Shown: positions 8,956 to 20,267 of the stretch, piece after piece
Position numbering within the stretch: the stretch's first letter is position 1
Layout of the letters: every line of letters begins with the position of its first letter
Assembly: GCA_963725905.1 (NCBI GenBank)
Contig: CAVSAG010000002.1
Span: forward strand, 804,962 to 868,961
Reading direction: 5' to 3'
DNA: 64,000 nt
From: an uncultured Pseudomonadota bacterium
GTDB taxonomy: Bacteria; Myxococcota_A; Polyangia; Fen-1088
Notes under the pieces: generated by a model
The model's input: only the letters and a program-made list of their open reading frames with translations
What the model was told of the DNA's origin: nothing
Databases searched by the model: none
Program-made: the position numbers and the translations under genes

Positions 8956-9191
8956 TCGTGTCTCCCCAAGGTGTGTTCCTGCGTTTACAACGGATGTTGA
9001 AGACGGCCCGTCCGCCCGCCTGCTCCCCCGAGCACCGCGCCCCACGTTGCGGACGGACGAGCCCTGCGGCGGTCTCGTGAGCAATCGCCGTGCCGCCCAT
9101 CGCGCCGCGGATTGCCGCGCCTTTCGGCCTCCGTCGCGGGCGCGGACAGTGTCCGATCACTGATCGGGTGATCGGCGATCACTCATTCCGA

Positions 9192-9209
9192 GATCCGAAT
9201 ATTCGGATC
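9192..9209. promoter_or_regulatory. perfect 18-bp palindrome GATCCGAATATTCGGATC about 40 bp upstream of the GGDEF gene (candidate operator)
   Basis: Perfect dyad symmetry and AT-rich centre in an otherwise GC-rich intergenic region. Confidence 0.4.
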
Positions 9210-9902
9210 CCGGAACGTTCAAGGGATCGAGATTGGTCAGGGGGAGACCGATGATCGAACGACGAGGGAGTGCCGAGCGCAGGGTGGCGAAGCTGACGGA
9301 AGCCAACGCCCGCCTGCGGCGCCGGCTGGCCGAGCAGGCTTCGTTCTGGCGCATCGCGCACCAGGATCCGCTGACCGAGCTGTGGAACCGCCGTTACGCG
9401 GACGAGCGCCTCGGCGAGGAGATGATCCGCGCGCAGGACGAGGAGGGCTACCGTTTCTCGCTGCTGGTCGCCGACGTGAACGATCTGAAGCGGATCAACG
9501 ACCAGCGCGGCCACGCCGCCGGCGACCAGGCGCTCAAGTGGGTGGCGCGCTTCCTGGCGGGCGCCCTGCGCGCCGACGACGTCTGCTGCCGCATCGGCGG
9601 CGACGAGTTCTTGCTGCTCCTCCCCGGCACCGGCGCCGACGAGTGCCGCGAGTTCGTCAAGCGCCTGCGCACCGAGTGGCGCCACGAGTCCCGCGCCCAC
9701 GACCACGCCGTGGCGGTCAGCCTGGGGAGCGCGTCGTACCCGACCCACGGGGGGACGGTGGAGGGGCTTTGCGCGGTGGCGGACGCGGGGATGTACGAGG
9801 AGAAGCGGCGGCGGATTGCGCCCGAAGCTCGAGCGGGCGCTCAGACAGGTTCAAAAGCGCAGGGATCGACGGGGGCCGCCGAACCGAACGCCGGGGGCCC
9901 CG

Positions 9903-10933
<1,031 letters not shown>

Positions 10934-10954
10934 CGCTGGGCCCGCTGCGGCTTC

Positions 10955-12793
10955 TCAGATCGGCAGGAGATGAATCGGCAACGAATCCGGTGCGGCGGCT
11001 TCGTCGAGTGGAACGCCGGCCCCGGCCGTGGGTTCGATCGTGGTGCTGGAAAGGAGCTCGCCCACCTGCTTGGACCCGATGAGCGCGGTGACGCGATCTC
11101 CGACGATGCTCACGCGACTGTCCCAGGGGAGGCCACGCCGAAATCGTTCGCGATCGTAGAGCCGCAGCGGCGCCAGCGCTTCAGGCTCGTGCAGGTTCCA
11201 AAGGGGGCAGGGATCGGCCGGCGTGGATTCGGCCGCCAAGATTCCGTTCACGGCGCGGCGCGCCGCCTCGTTGGCCGCCTCCATCGTGGCGATGTCCGTG
11301 TACGTCCTCACGTAGTCGGAGGCCAAGAAGAGGTTGGCGATGCCGGTCGTCGCCTCGGGTCGGAGCCGCCAGGTGTCGACGTAGTTCACCAGCAACGGCT
11401 CGGCGTTGGTCAGCCGAGAAGTCGCGCGGTTCGTTCTGATGTCGGGATCGAGGTTCGACCCGTAGAGGATGTCGTCGGAGAGGACCTCCGTTCCGCCCAC
11501 ATTGAGGCTCTTTTTGAGCTGGCGCCACACTTCGTCCGCGATCTCCTCACGGGCGCAGTCCTCCGCCTTCTTCCCATTCAGTCCCTCGACGTCCCAGTCC
11601 GAAACGCAAACCGAGAGAATGCCGCCGATCCGTCCGTTCGCGAAGGTCTGGGGCGGGTAGTCCGGCCAGAACTGGGCCTGCGAAACCGAGGTCAGGGCCC
11701 ACGGCGTGTCCATGTAGATCGAATGGCCGTGAACGAGAGGCCGATCCTCCGTCAAATAGAACTGGACTCCGTTCATCCACTCGAGGTTCTCGCTCAGCTC
11801 CGCCAAGCCGTCGAAGCGCGCGTCGGCAGCAACGATGGCCGGCGTCACGAGGGGCACCAGCCGCTCCACCGGCAACGCCGCCACGAAGTAGTCGCCGGTG
11901 ATACGCGTTGGCCTGCCGTTGCAGGATACCACCGCCGCCTGGATGCTTTGACCGCGGCAGTCCAGCGAGACGACCTCGCTGTCGAAGTGATACCGGACCC
12001 CGCGCGCAATGAGGTGGCGATACCAGGGGCTGAGCCAGACCTCGCTCGTCGGCCCGTTGAGTACGCGATCCGCCGTGTCGAAAGGCGTCAGGGCGGACAG
12101 AATCATCTGAACGAAGATGTCCCCGATCGTCTTGGTGCTGGCGCGTTCGGCCTTGGCGGCGACCAGCGAACGGGTGAATCCGTTCGCGAAGAACTTCTGG
12201 TAGCCGAGCGAGTGGGCATCGGCCTGAACGAATTGCCACCAGTCGATCTTCTCGTATTCCGCCAGCCGGCGCTCCTGGCACGACGACACGATCTGAAAGA
12301 CGCGCTCGGCGAAGAATGCCGTTTCGTTGGGCGGAATGTCCATCTGCCCGGCGAGCAGGCCGACCACGAACGTCACAGCCGTACGGAGCTCGCCCGGAGA
12401 CTCGGGGAACCGCGCGGGGTAGAAGACGGGCGCCTGGCCGAAGCGCGCGATGTGAACTTGAGAGGTCGCGACCAGATTGTCCGCGACTGTGCAGTCCCCG
12501 AATGGGATTCGGCGCATGGTATCGATGACGTGCTTGTAGAAGCCCGGGAAGAACCGAAAACCATGCTCGCCAGGCAACCAGGAGCGTACCGACGATTCCG
12601 TCGCGGGCCGCTTCCGTCCGTCCCAGGGTGAGGGCCGCGGCTGCTGCGCGTCGAGGACCTCGAGGCTTCGTGCCTTCCCGCCGGCCAGTGAGCTGCGGTC
12701 GAATACGTCGACGCTGAACCCCCGGTCGATGAGCTCGTGCGCCGCCGTGAGCCCAGCGATCCCACCCCCGAGAATGACGACGCTCTTTCCCAT
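10955..12793 (-). CDS. FAD-dependent oxidoreductase (amine-oxidase/phytoene-desaturase-like Rossmann family) with about 45-aa C-terminal extension
   Basis: N-terminal dinucleotide-binding motif VVILGGGIAGLTAAHEL...AGGKARS. 612 aa. 21-nt gap to the polyprenyl synthetase gene. Confidence 0.8.
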   Translation of the reverse strand: MGKSVVILGGGIAGLTAAHELIDRGFSVDVFDRSSLAGGKARSLEVLDAQQPRPSPWDGRKRPATESSVRSWLPGEHGFRFFPGFYKHVIDTMRRIPFGDCTVADNLVATSQVHIARFGQAPVFYPARFPESPGELRTAVTFVVGLLAGQMDIPPNETAFFAERVFQIVSSCQERRLAEYEKIDWWQFVQADAHSLGYQKFFANGFTRSLVAAKAERASTKTIGDIFVQMILSALTPFDTADRVLNGPTSEVWLSPWYRHLIARGVRYHFDSEVVSLDCRGQSIQAAVVSCNGRPTRITGDYFVAALPVERLVPLVTPAIVAADARFDGLAELSENLEWMNGVQFYLTEDRPLVHGHSIYMDTPWALTSVSQAQFWPDYPPQTFANGRIGGILSVCVSDWDVEGLNGKKAEDCAREEIADEVWRQLKKSLNVGGTEVLSDDILYGSNLDPDIRTNRATSRLTNAEPLLVNYVDTWRLRPEATTGIANLFLASDYVRTYTDIATMEAANEAARRAVNGILAAESTPADPCPLWNLHEPEALAPLRLYDRERFRRGLPWDSRVSIVGDRVTALIGSKQVGELLSSTTIEPTAGAGVPLDEAAAPDSLPIHLLPI

Positions 12794-12808
12794 GTCCTCG
12801 AATCGACC

Positions 12809-13699
12809 TCAGCTCTTCGGGATCTCGTTATTCACGACATAGAGGTCGTACTCGACCAGATCGTCGACCGTCGAAACCCGCCCGACACCGATGAACTCGT
12901 GGCGATTCATCCAGAGGTAGTTCGCGTGCGCGGTCATGAATTTGGGTGCCACCTGAAGCGCCGCATAGTCTGGAAACTCTCCCCGCAGCGCCCTTTCGTA
13001 TCCTCCTTGGCCCATGTCGAGGAATCCGGTGTTCTCTTCGGTAATCAGCGCGCCGTCGTTGGTCTTCATCGTGGCGCGAACCTGAAGAATGGCCACGCCG
13101 TCTCGGCGGATCGTCAGATAGTCGGTGCCCCGCGGCAGGAAGTGCGCTTGCAGATCGGGTCCGGTGACGCCGCCTCCATCGAGAAAGTAGTTGATGCGTA
13201 GCCCGTCCGGCGTGTCGCCGATGATCTCCGGTGTTTTCGAGACGAACACTTTGACCGAAGCGACGAATTTGAACTCGGGGGTGAACTTGGGGCCGACGTC
13301 CGAGTTCCTGGGCGGCGACCCGGGCTCGGGCACCGCCGGAGCTGGGTCGACCAGACGGAAGCGTGACGTGAACGCCGCCGTCCTGGCCGGCGCCGGCGCT
13401 TGCCGGCCGCTGCAAGTTACGACCGGGACGTACTCGACGAGGTCACCTTCGAGCAGCGGCGGAAAGACCGCGCGAAAGTACTGAACGTCGAGGGAGTAGT
13501 TGCGACCGAGCTCATAGCCCGATATGACGCGCTCCGGCCCGGCCGCGACGCGGTATCGAACGTTCACGACGTTGCCAGCGCTTGCGGGGTTGACCGCGAC
13601 GACGACGGATTGTCCCGTGCGCGCAGCCCCGTCCTCATTGGGACCGGGCGTATCCGGTCCCCCGTACCATATTGTGAGCCCGTCGTTCTCAGCTCGCAA
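12809..13699 (-). CDS. DUF3237-domain protein with about 130-aa N-terminal extension
   Basis: C-terminal half (GLRINYFLDGGGVTGPDL...YLTIRRDGVAILQVRATMKTNDGALITEENTG...YLWMNRHEFIGVGRV...EYDLYVV) fits the DUF3237/UPF0311 beta-barrel consensus. Confidence 0.65.
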   Translation of the reverse strand: MRAENDGLTIWYGGPDTPGPNEDGAARTGQSVVVAVNPASAGNVVNVRYRVAAGPERVISGYELGRNYSLDVQYFRAVFPPLLEGDLVEYVPVVTCSGRQAPAPARTAAFTSRFRLVDPAPAVPEPGSPPRNSDVGPKFTPEFKFVASVKVFVSKTPEIIGDTPDGLRINYFLDGGGVTGPDLQAHFLPRGTDYLTIRRDGVAILQVRATMKTNDGALITEENTGFLDMGQGGYERALRGEFPDYAALQVAPKFMTAHANYLWMNRHEFIGVGRVSTVDDLVEYDLYVVNNEIPKS

Positions 13700-13713
13700 A
13701 AGCCCCTCCGGCT

Positions 13714-14028
13714 CTAGTCTCCGGAGCCGTCAAGACGCATTTCCACGGCTGCCCGCTGTCTGCGCCCCTCAGTCGAATCACCGATCCCCGCTTGCCTCAC
13801 AACAACGATCGTGTCTGGTTCCTTTTCGCTGGGTTTCTCAGCCTTCTTGGCGGCGGCTCTCTTGGCGGCGGCCTTCTTGGCGGCGGCCTTCTTCTCGGCG
13901 GCCTTCTTCTCGGCGGCCTTTTTTTCGGCGGCTTTCTTGATAGCGGCTCTCTTCTTGGCAGCTCTCTTCTTGGCGGACGTCTCGTCGCCGCCTTCGCTCA
14001 GATCTTCATGCCCAACGCTCTCGCCCAT
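13714..14028 (-). CDS. Lys/Ala-rich histone-H1-like low-complexity protein
   Basis: KKAAEKKAAEKKAAEKKAAAKKAAAKRAAAKKAEK repeats; minus-strand codons are AAG/GCC/GAG (good bias) whereas the plus-strand alternative uses rare TTG/TCA; 40 nt downstream of the encapsulin gene. Confidence 0.5.
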   Translation of the reverse strand: MGESVGHEDLSEGGDETSAKKRAAKKRAAIKKAAEKKAAEKKAAEKKAAAKKAAAKRAAAKKAEKPSEKEPDTIVVVRQAGIGDSTEGRRQRAAVEMRLDGSGD

Positions 14029-14068
14029 GATGTGCTCCCTTTTGTGAGTCGAATATCAGAGGAACGAT

Positions 14069-14983
14069 CTACGTATGAAGGACGACGACAGAATCCATTT
14101 CCTTTGCTCGCAAGACGATTCGCTCCGAGACGCGGAAGACGTAGCGCGGTTCGGTGTTGATCTGGAGAAACTTCACCGAGATATCTGCCGCGACGACCAG
14201 CTCTATCGGACTCCCTCCCAGCGAAACCACCACGCCATATCCAGGTGACAGTGCACCGCACCGATAGAGTTGACCGTCCACAAACGGGAGGATGCGGTCG
14301 CGCGGCATGACCAGGCTGCCCGGGACCGGCTCGCAGGCAACCTCGAACAGATCGTTGGAAAGGGCGCACGCATAGGGGCCGAAGTGTCCAGCCGCTTCGA
14401 GCGAGGTTATCGCAGCCACGACGGACCGGACCAGCAGAGGCCCGACGGGCGGCAGCCGAATCTCGCCGCGTAGCCCTATGCGTGCGATGGGTCCCGCGAG
14501 CGGCGCAGCCGGAAGTTGGGGCGGCAGGAGCCCTTCCGTCGCGCCGCCCCCGGTTATTCTTCCGACGGCCCTCAAAGCCGCCGGGGTGTTAGGTGGCCAG
14601 TCGGCCAGCGCAGGCTGTCCGTGAAATATCAGCGCATCCTCTGCGCGGGCAATCAGATTGGCGGCGCGTCTAAACAACCCCAAAGCGGCCGACAAGTCGG
14701 GATCCGAGACTTCGTTCGTTCGCAGATACACCAGCGACGTAATGGTTGTCAGCGCGAGATCTGGATCGCTGTTGATCACGAGCCGTGGAGCCGGGGGGTT
14801 CCCCGCAGCGTCCTGGCCCAACAGAAGGCGGGGCACCGCGACGGTGGTTGGATCCAACGGCCCGTAGATGGGCAGGAACGAAGCGCCCACCCGCGCACGC
14901 TTCGCCTCCTGTGAGACCGTCTGCTGGACTAGGTTCCATTGGTCATCGGACCAGTTCAAATCCGCGGAGTTGCGATCCATCAA
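14069..14983 (-). CDS. encA: Family 1 encapsulin nanocompartment shell protein (EncA/linocin M18-like, HK97 fold)
   Basis: Alignable by eye to M. xanthus EncA and T. maritima encapsulin: LNWSDDQWNLVQQTVSQEAKRARVGASFLPIYGPLD, AEDALIFHG, AGHFGPYACALS, GVVVSLGGSPIELVVAADISVKFL, YVFRVSERIVLRAKEMDSVVVL. Confidence 0.85.
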   Translation of the reverse strand: MMDRNSADLNWSDDQWNLVQQTVSQEAKRARVGASFLPIYGPLDPTTVAVPRLLLGQDAAGNPPAPRLVINSDPDLALTTITSLVYLRTNEVSDPDLSAALGLFRRAANLIARAEDALIFHGQPALADWPPNTPAALRAVGRITGGGATEGLLPPQLPAAPLAGPIARIGLRGEIRLPPVGPLLVRSVVAAITSLEAAGHFGPYACALSNDLFEVACEPVPGSLVMPRDRILPFVDGQLYRCGALSPGYGVVVSLGGSPIELVVAADISVKFLQINTEPRYVFRVSERIVLRAKEMDSVVVLHT

Positions 14984-14999
14984 GTTCCCCCTGGGTCCA

Positions 15000-17900
15000 C
15001 TAACGGTTGATCGGTGGCGATTGTTCCCGCTGTTCCAGTGAATGTACGTCGAGCGATGAAATGCGACCGGAGTCGGCCACGCCGGTCTCGAGCGCGGTCA
15101 GCGTCGCGACCGCGCGCTGTTCGAGCAGGTAGGCGCCCTGACTGCGCGCGATGTCGATGGCCTTGCGCAAGTGGGCCTTGGCCTCCTCGGTCTCCCCGCT
15201 CGCCTGCAGCAGCAGGGCGCTTCGGAGACGGTGGAGCTCGGCGTCGCAGTTGTTCTCGCCGTTGGCTTCGGAGTAGCGGAAGGCGTCTTCGAGGACGCCC
15301 AACGCTTCCAAGGTCAGCCCGGACCTCGCCAGCAGGTCGGCCAGGCCCCAGCGCGCGTGAACGAAGTTCATGTGGGCGCCGCAGCTCTCGTATTCCCGGA
15401 TGCCGATCTCCATTTCGGCGCGGCCCGAGGCGAGCTCGCCCAAGCGAGCGCGGGCCCAACCGCGGTAACACCGGGCGGCGCCGACATAGAGCTGGAACCC
15501 TTCGTCCTGCGCCAGCGCCAGCAGACGGCCCGAGGTTTCGAGCAGGCTGGCGGCGTCTTGGCGCCAGTAGGAGAGCTCGGCCGAGAGACTCAGGTGAACC
15601 GCCGTGCTCGGGGGATGCCCCAACTGTGCGACGAGATCCCGACCCTGCGCGAGGGCGTGAGCGGATTCCTGCGGTCGTCCCTCCAGCGCCAGGCCGATCG
15701 CCTGGATTCCCCACATGACCGTGGTCGACGAGAGCTGAGTGATGCCGACGATGGCCTGCTCCTGCTCCAGCGAGAAGAGACGGCAGCCCTCGTCCGCGTG
15801 GCGAAGCGCCGACGACAGATCGCCCAGATAGAAAAGGGTGAAGACCATGGCGTGCCGGGCCATGACGCCCAGGAGCGGGTTGCCGGACGCGTTGGCCAGC
15901 GCCAACACGCGCTCGGCCACCGAGAGCGCGCGGGTGATTTGCCCGCGGACGAGGTACGTCGACCACAGACCCCAGAGCGCAGGGAGAACGCTCTCGTGAG
16001 CACCGACCTCCTCGGCCAATTGCAGCGCCCGCCGACAGCTGTCCTCGACCTCGTGGGCCGCCCACCCGTTGATGGCCATGAACGCCGGTGCGATCGCGAG
16101 GTTCAATGCGAGCTCCGCGGCTTTGCGCTCGGGCGACGCGGGGGTCAGTTCCGTCAGCCGGAGGGCGCGTTTGAGGTGAGCGATCGCCTCCTGATTGGCG
16201 GAGCGCCCGAGCGCCAGCGCCCCGGCGCGTTGCCATTGCGACGCCGCACCGCCGACATCGCCGCCTTCTTCGAGGTGCGAGGCGAGAAGCTCCGGTCGAG
16301 CAGCCGCCACGTCGGGGAAGCGCTCCCGCAACGTGTCGGCGGTTCGCCGGTGATATTCGCGGCGTTTCGATCGGGCGAGGGACCCATATGCCGCATCCCT
16401 CACCAACGTGTGCTTGAAGGCGTAGTTGACCGGAGAAGACCCCGAGGAGAGCAGGAGGCCCGACGAGAGGAGCCGATCGAGATCGGGCCTCAGCCCCTCG
16501 TCCGAAACCGTCGACACGGCGCTCAGGAGGTCGCCGGAGAATTCGCGCCCAATGACCGATGCGACCTGAGCGATCCCCTTGGCCGTGCCCAGACGGTCGA
16601 GGCGGGCCATCAACCAATCCTGGAGCGTGACCGGCACGGATGCCGTCGCCCCGGCCGGTCGGACAGCCTCCGTGGCGGATCCCGTCTGCTCCCAGTTCGA
16701 GGAGGGCGCGCGTTACCTCCTCGACGAACAGCGGAAGGCCATCGGTCATTTCGTAGATGCGTGAGGCCAGTGCTTCGTCGGCCATCCGACCGGCGACGCC
16801 AGTGACCATTTCAGCCACCTGCTCTCGTCCGAGCGAGGCGACCTTCATCTCCACCACGGTAGCCGGACCGGCCCAGGGTGCTTGGAATTCAGGCCACGCC
16901 GTCAGGCCGACCAGCACGCGAGACAGCGAGCCACGGACAACCATTTCAAGGACTTCGAGTGTCGTCGGATCCGCCCAGTGGAGATCCTCAATCGCCACCA
17001 GCACCGGGCCGTGAGCAGCCAGGCGTCGTAGCCATTCGACGATCGTCTCCAAAAGCAGGCGCCGCTGGCGCTGGGGAGTGATTCCGGCCCACGCCGCGGA
17101 AGCGTCCTGCGGGAGCGAGAGCAGAGCTGCGACAGCCGATATCTGCAAGCGCGACAGCCCGAGATTCGACATCCTCGCGCTCAACTCGGTCGCGACGGTC
17201 GCGACGTTCGCGATGTTCAATTGATCGGTCGTGATGCCGGCCCGCAACCACTGGCGCAGGAGCGAGACGATTGGATGGAGCGGGACGTTCTGATGCAGCG
17301 GAGAGCAATAGCCCTGTAGGACCGGCGCGTCACCCATCGTGACGTGGTTCTTGAAGACCTCGATGAGGCGCGATTTCCCAACGCCGGGCTCTCCGCGGAG
17401 GATGAAGACGGGACTCGCTCCGCTCTGCGCTGCTTGCCAGAAGTCGAGAAGGGTTGCCGTCTCCTCTTCCCGACCGACGAACGGCGTCAACCCAGATTCC
17501 CGGGCTGCCTCCAGCCTGGTCTGGGCGGCGGTCTCCCCGGTCACCAGATGAAGCTGGGTAGGGACCACACCCGAAAGGATCTTGTCGCCGGCGGGGCTGA
17601 AATGGAAGTATCCGGCCGCGAGCCGCCGTGTGCTCTCCGTGATCAACACCTGATTCGGTTGGGCCTCCGTTTGAACGCGCGCCGCGAGGTTCGGGGCCTC
17701 GCCGAACGCCAGCGTTTGTTCTCCTGCGCCGGGGCCAGTCGCTCCAATGACCACCAGCCCGGTGTGAATCCCGACCCGACAGGCGAGCTTGCTATTCCCA
17801 CCAACGAGGTTGGACACGCGACGGACGGTCTCGATGCCCGCGCAAATCGCTCTCCGGGCGTCGTCACCGTGCGCTTCCGGAAAGCCAAAATAGACCAGGA

Positions 17901-18153
17901 TCCCATCACCGAGGTACTGCGCGATATAGCCCCCGAAGGGCCGAATTGCCTCCGCGCAAGCCGTCTGATAGTCGCGGATGACGTCGCTGAATTCCTCGGG
18001 ATCGAGTTGGCGCGATAGCGCCATCGATCCGACGAGGTCGCAAAAGAAAACCGTCAAGTGACGGCGCTCGGACTCGCGTGACAACCGAGCACCACAGGCC
18101 CGGCACACACCACCACCGCCGGGGTTATCGCTGTTGCAGTTAGGGCAGAGCAC
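15000..18153 (-). CDS. zinc-ribbon / class III adenylate-guanylate cyclase / AAA ATPase / TPR signalling protein; frameshifted near 16640-16700 in this sequence
   Basis: N-terminus CPNCNSDNP...CRAC zinc ribbon. Cyclase homology domain HLTVFFCDLVGSMALS. P-loop GEPGVGKSRL. Conserved PVTLQDWLMARLDRLGTAKGIAQVASVIGREF plus TPR region in the other frame (ORF 15000..16637). Confidence 0.75.
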
Positions 18154-18162
18154 CGCTATCCC

Positions 18163-18642
18163 TCATGCGACGTTGACGACCAAAAGGGTGGGAACTGAGT
18201 TCCCCTCACGGGTTCCAAGCAGCCCAGCGTATCGACCGGGGGGAACGCCAGTCGGGACCGAGACTCGCGCTCCCGCGAGACTGCTCCCCATCGCAGGGAT
18301 TGTCAGCGATTGAGGATCGAAAGAGACGCTGTCGGCGTCGATGAGATCGCCCGCTGCGCTTACGAGGTCACTGGAAGCGAGGTGGACAGAGTGGTCTTGC
18401 TGGCCACTGTTGGCCACGCGAAAGGGGACGCTTGCAGTCTCGCCTGGGCGCCGACTGATCGCCGAACAAACGAAGCCCGGGAAACCCCGGCTCGGATCTG
18501 CGTCGGTGATGAGCGCAGCACCAGGCGACGACGGGCCTACAACCGCCTTCGCGCCGTTCATCACGGCAAGAACGCGCTCAGCAATTCCTTTTTCCGCCCC
18601 TGCCTCCCCGATCTCGGTCGGGGCACGATCGGTCGCCGCCAT
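18163..18642 (-). CDS. hypothetical protein (CARDB-like beta-sandwich motif) in a lower-GC patch
   Basis: ASVPFRVANSGQQ...SVSFDPQSLTIPAMGSSLAGARVSVPTGVPPGRYAGLLG. Codon usage is atypical (third-position A/T) and start assignment is uncertain. Confidence 0.3.
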   Translation of the reverse strand: MAATDRAPTEIGEAGAEKGIAERVLAVMNGAKAVVGPSSPGAALITDADPSRGFPGFVCSAISRRPGETASVPFRVANSGQQDHSVHLASSDLVSAAGDLIDADSVSFDPQSLTIPAMGSSLAGARVSVPTGVPPGRYAGLLGTREGNSVPTLLVVNVA

Positions 18643-18803
18643 GCGCTCGCTCGCTATCTTCCTGAGCTGGACGAAGCGGACAGTCGCACAATGGAGCGCG
18701 CAAACGCAAGTGGCGTAGCGGTGCGCTCCGAGAATCGGTTGCTCGCAGACGCCTACCGATCGCAAACGCAGGTTTCATCGTCTGCGGCATTACAAAAACG
18801 AAT

Positions 18804-20213
18804 CTACGGTTCGTTTGCGCCCTTGCCGCCGCCCGAAGCAGCCCCGCCCGACAGCCGCTTGTCGAGCTCCTTGAACCGCTCCGCCAGCGCCACGACGAAC
18901 AGGCCGAAGGAGGTGTGCAGGCCCAGGTTCTCCTCGAGGAGCTGGCGCGGGACGACCTTGACCAGGACCTCGTCGACGGCCTCCACGGTGGCGGTGCGGA
19001 CGCCGCCCGAGAGGACGGCCGTCTCGCCGAAGACCGAGTTGGGGCCGAGCTCGCGCAGCACCACCTTCTGGCCGTCGACGGTCTTGTAGGCGACACAGGT
19101 GCCGCGGACGATGATGTAGGCGCAGTCGCCCGGGTCGCCCTCCGCGACGATGCGGTCGCCGGGCGGGAAGATCTCCGCGCTCAGCGGAAAGCCGCGCATG
19201 GTCGTCTCGATGTCCTTCTTGCATCTCGTCGACCGTCTGGTAGCGGTCGCTTCGGATCGCGCGCCATCGCCCGCTTGACGATCCGGCACAGGCCGATGGG
19301 CAGCGGCGCGGTCGGATCGCCGGGCGGGAAGGTCACCACGCAGGCGGTCGCCTTGTCGAGGCAGGTGGCGAGATCGTCGGAGTCGAACGGCGGGACGGCG
19401 GTCAGGATGTTGAAGAGGACGGCGCCCAGGCCGAACACGTCGGTGCGCTGCGTCGAACTGGTCGCGCGCGCCGATCGCCTGCTCGGGCGACATGAACGAC
19501 GGCGTGCCGCACGGGCCGCCGCCCGCGTCGAGGTTGGCTTCGCCGGCGACCACCAGCAGCGGCAGCTCGTTCGGCAGCGCCCGGGTCGGCCCCACGATCG
19601 CCAGCCCCCAGTCGACCAGATAGACCTGCCCGAACGGCCCGACCAGGATGTTCCCCGGCTTGATGTCGCAGTGGAGGACGCCGCGGCTGTGGGCGAAGGC
19701 GACCGCCTCGCAGACCTTGAGAAAGGCGGCCATCATGTCGCTGAGCGTCTCGGAGAAGCCGGCCTGTCGACCCGCGCGGGCGATCCAGTCGGCCAGCGTG
19801 TCGCCCTCGATCCGCTTCATCGTGAAGTAGCGGTTCCCGGAGCGGTCGGTCCCGATCTCGTAGACGGGCGCGATGTTGGGGTGATCGAGCTGGGCGGTGA
19901 TCTGCGCCTCGCGCACGAACCGCTGCACCTCGCGCGGCCGGCGGGCGAGATCGGGCGCCAGCACCTTCATCGCCGCGATCCGCAGGAGGCCCAGATCGCG
20001 GACGGCGTGGACCGAGCCCATCCCGCCGGCGCTGATCGGCGAGAGGTACTGATACCGATCGGGCACGCTCTGTTGCGCAGAGGCGTCGGCGACGGCTCCG
20101 GGGGACGGGGCGGCGCCCGCCTCTCCGCGAACCCTGGTCACCTGATCGCCGCTGATGGTCTGCCTCCCACGCGAGCCTGTCCGCAGTCGACCACATCTGT
20201 CGGTTGGGCGCAA
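18804..20213 (-). CDS. Ser/Thr protein kinase fused to a C-terminal cyclic-nucleotide-binding domain; two compensating frameshifts (kinase C-lobe lies in ORF 19181..19438)
   Basis: YQYLSPISAGGMGSVHAVRD...HCDIKPGNILV...DWGLA...GTPSFMSPEQ. Then GLGAVLFNILTAVPPFDSDD...RIVKRAMARDPKRPL in the other frame. Then cNMP-binding FGETAVLSGGVRTATVEAVDEVL. Confidence 0.75.
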   Translation of the reverse strand: MRPTDRCGRLRTGSRGRQTISGDQVTRVRGEAGAAPSPGAVADASAQQSVPDRYQYLSPISAGGMGSVHAVRDLGLLRIAAMKVLAPDLARRPREVQRFVREAQITAQLDHPNIAPVYEIGTDRSGNRYFTMKRIEGDTLADWIARAGRQAGFSETLSDMMAAFLKVCEAVAFAHSRGVLHCDIKPGNILVGPFGQVYLVDWGLAIVGPTRALPNELPLLVVAGEANLDAGGGPCGTPSFMSPEQAIGARDQFDAAHRRVRPGRRPLQHPDRRPAVRLRRSRHLPRQGDRLRGDLPARRSDRAAAHRPVPDRQAGDGARSEATATRRSTRCKKDIETTMRGFPLSAEIFPPGDRIVAEGDPGDCAYIIVRGTCVAYKTVDGQKVVLRELGPNSVFGETAVLSGGVRTATVEAVDEVLVKVVPRQLLEENLGLHTSFGLFVVALAERFKELDKRLSGGAASGGGKGANEP

Positions 20214-20267
20214 TTGGGACCAAACCGGTTTGCGCGATCGTCACGGTGGTGATAGTTCGATCTGGCG

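Noticed and set aside
13792-14160. Plus-strand Leu/Ala/Phe-rich hydrophobic ORFs (13792..14160, 13811..14047) opposite the Lys/Ala-rich gene
   Set aside because: They use rare TTG/TCA/TTT codons for this genome, whereas the minus-strand Lys/Ala protein uses preferred AAG/GCC/GAG codons. Treated as the antisense shadow, with residual uncertainty.
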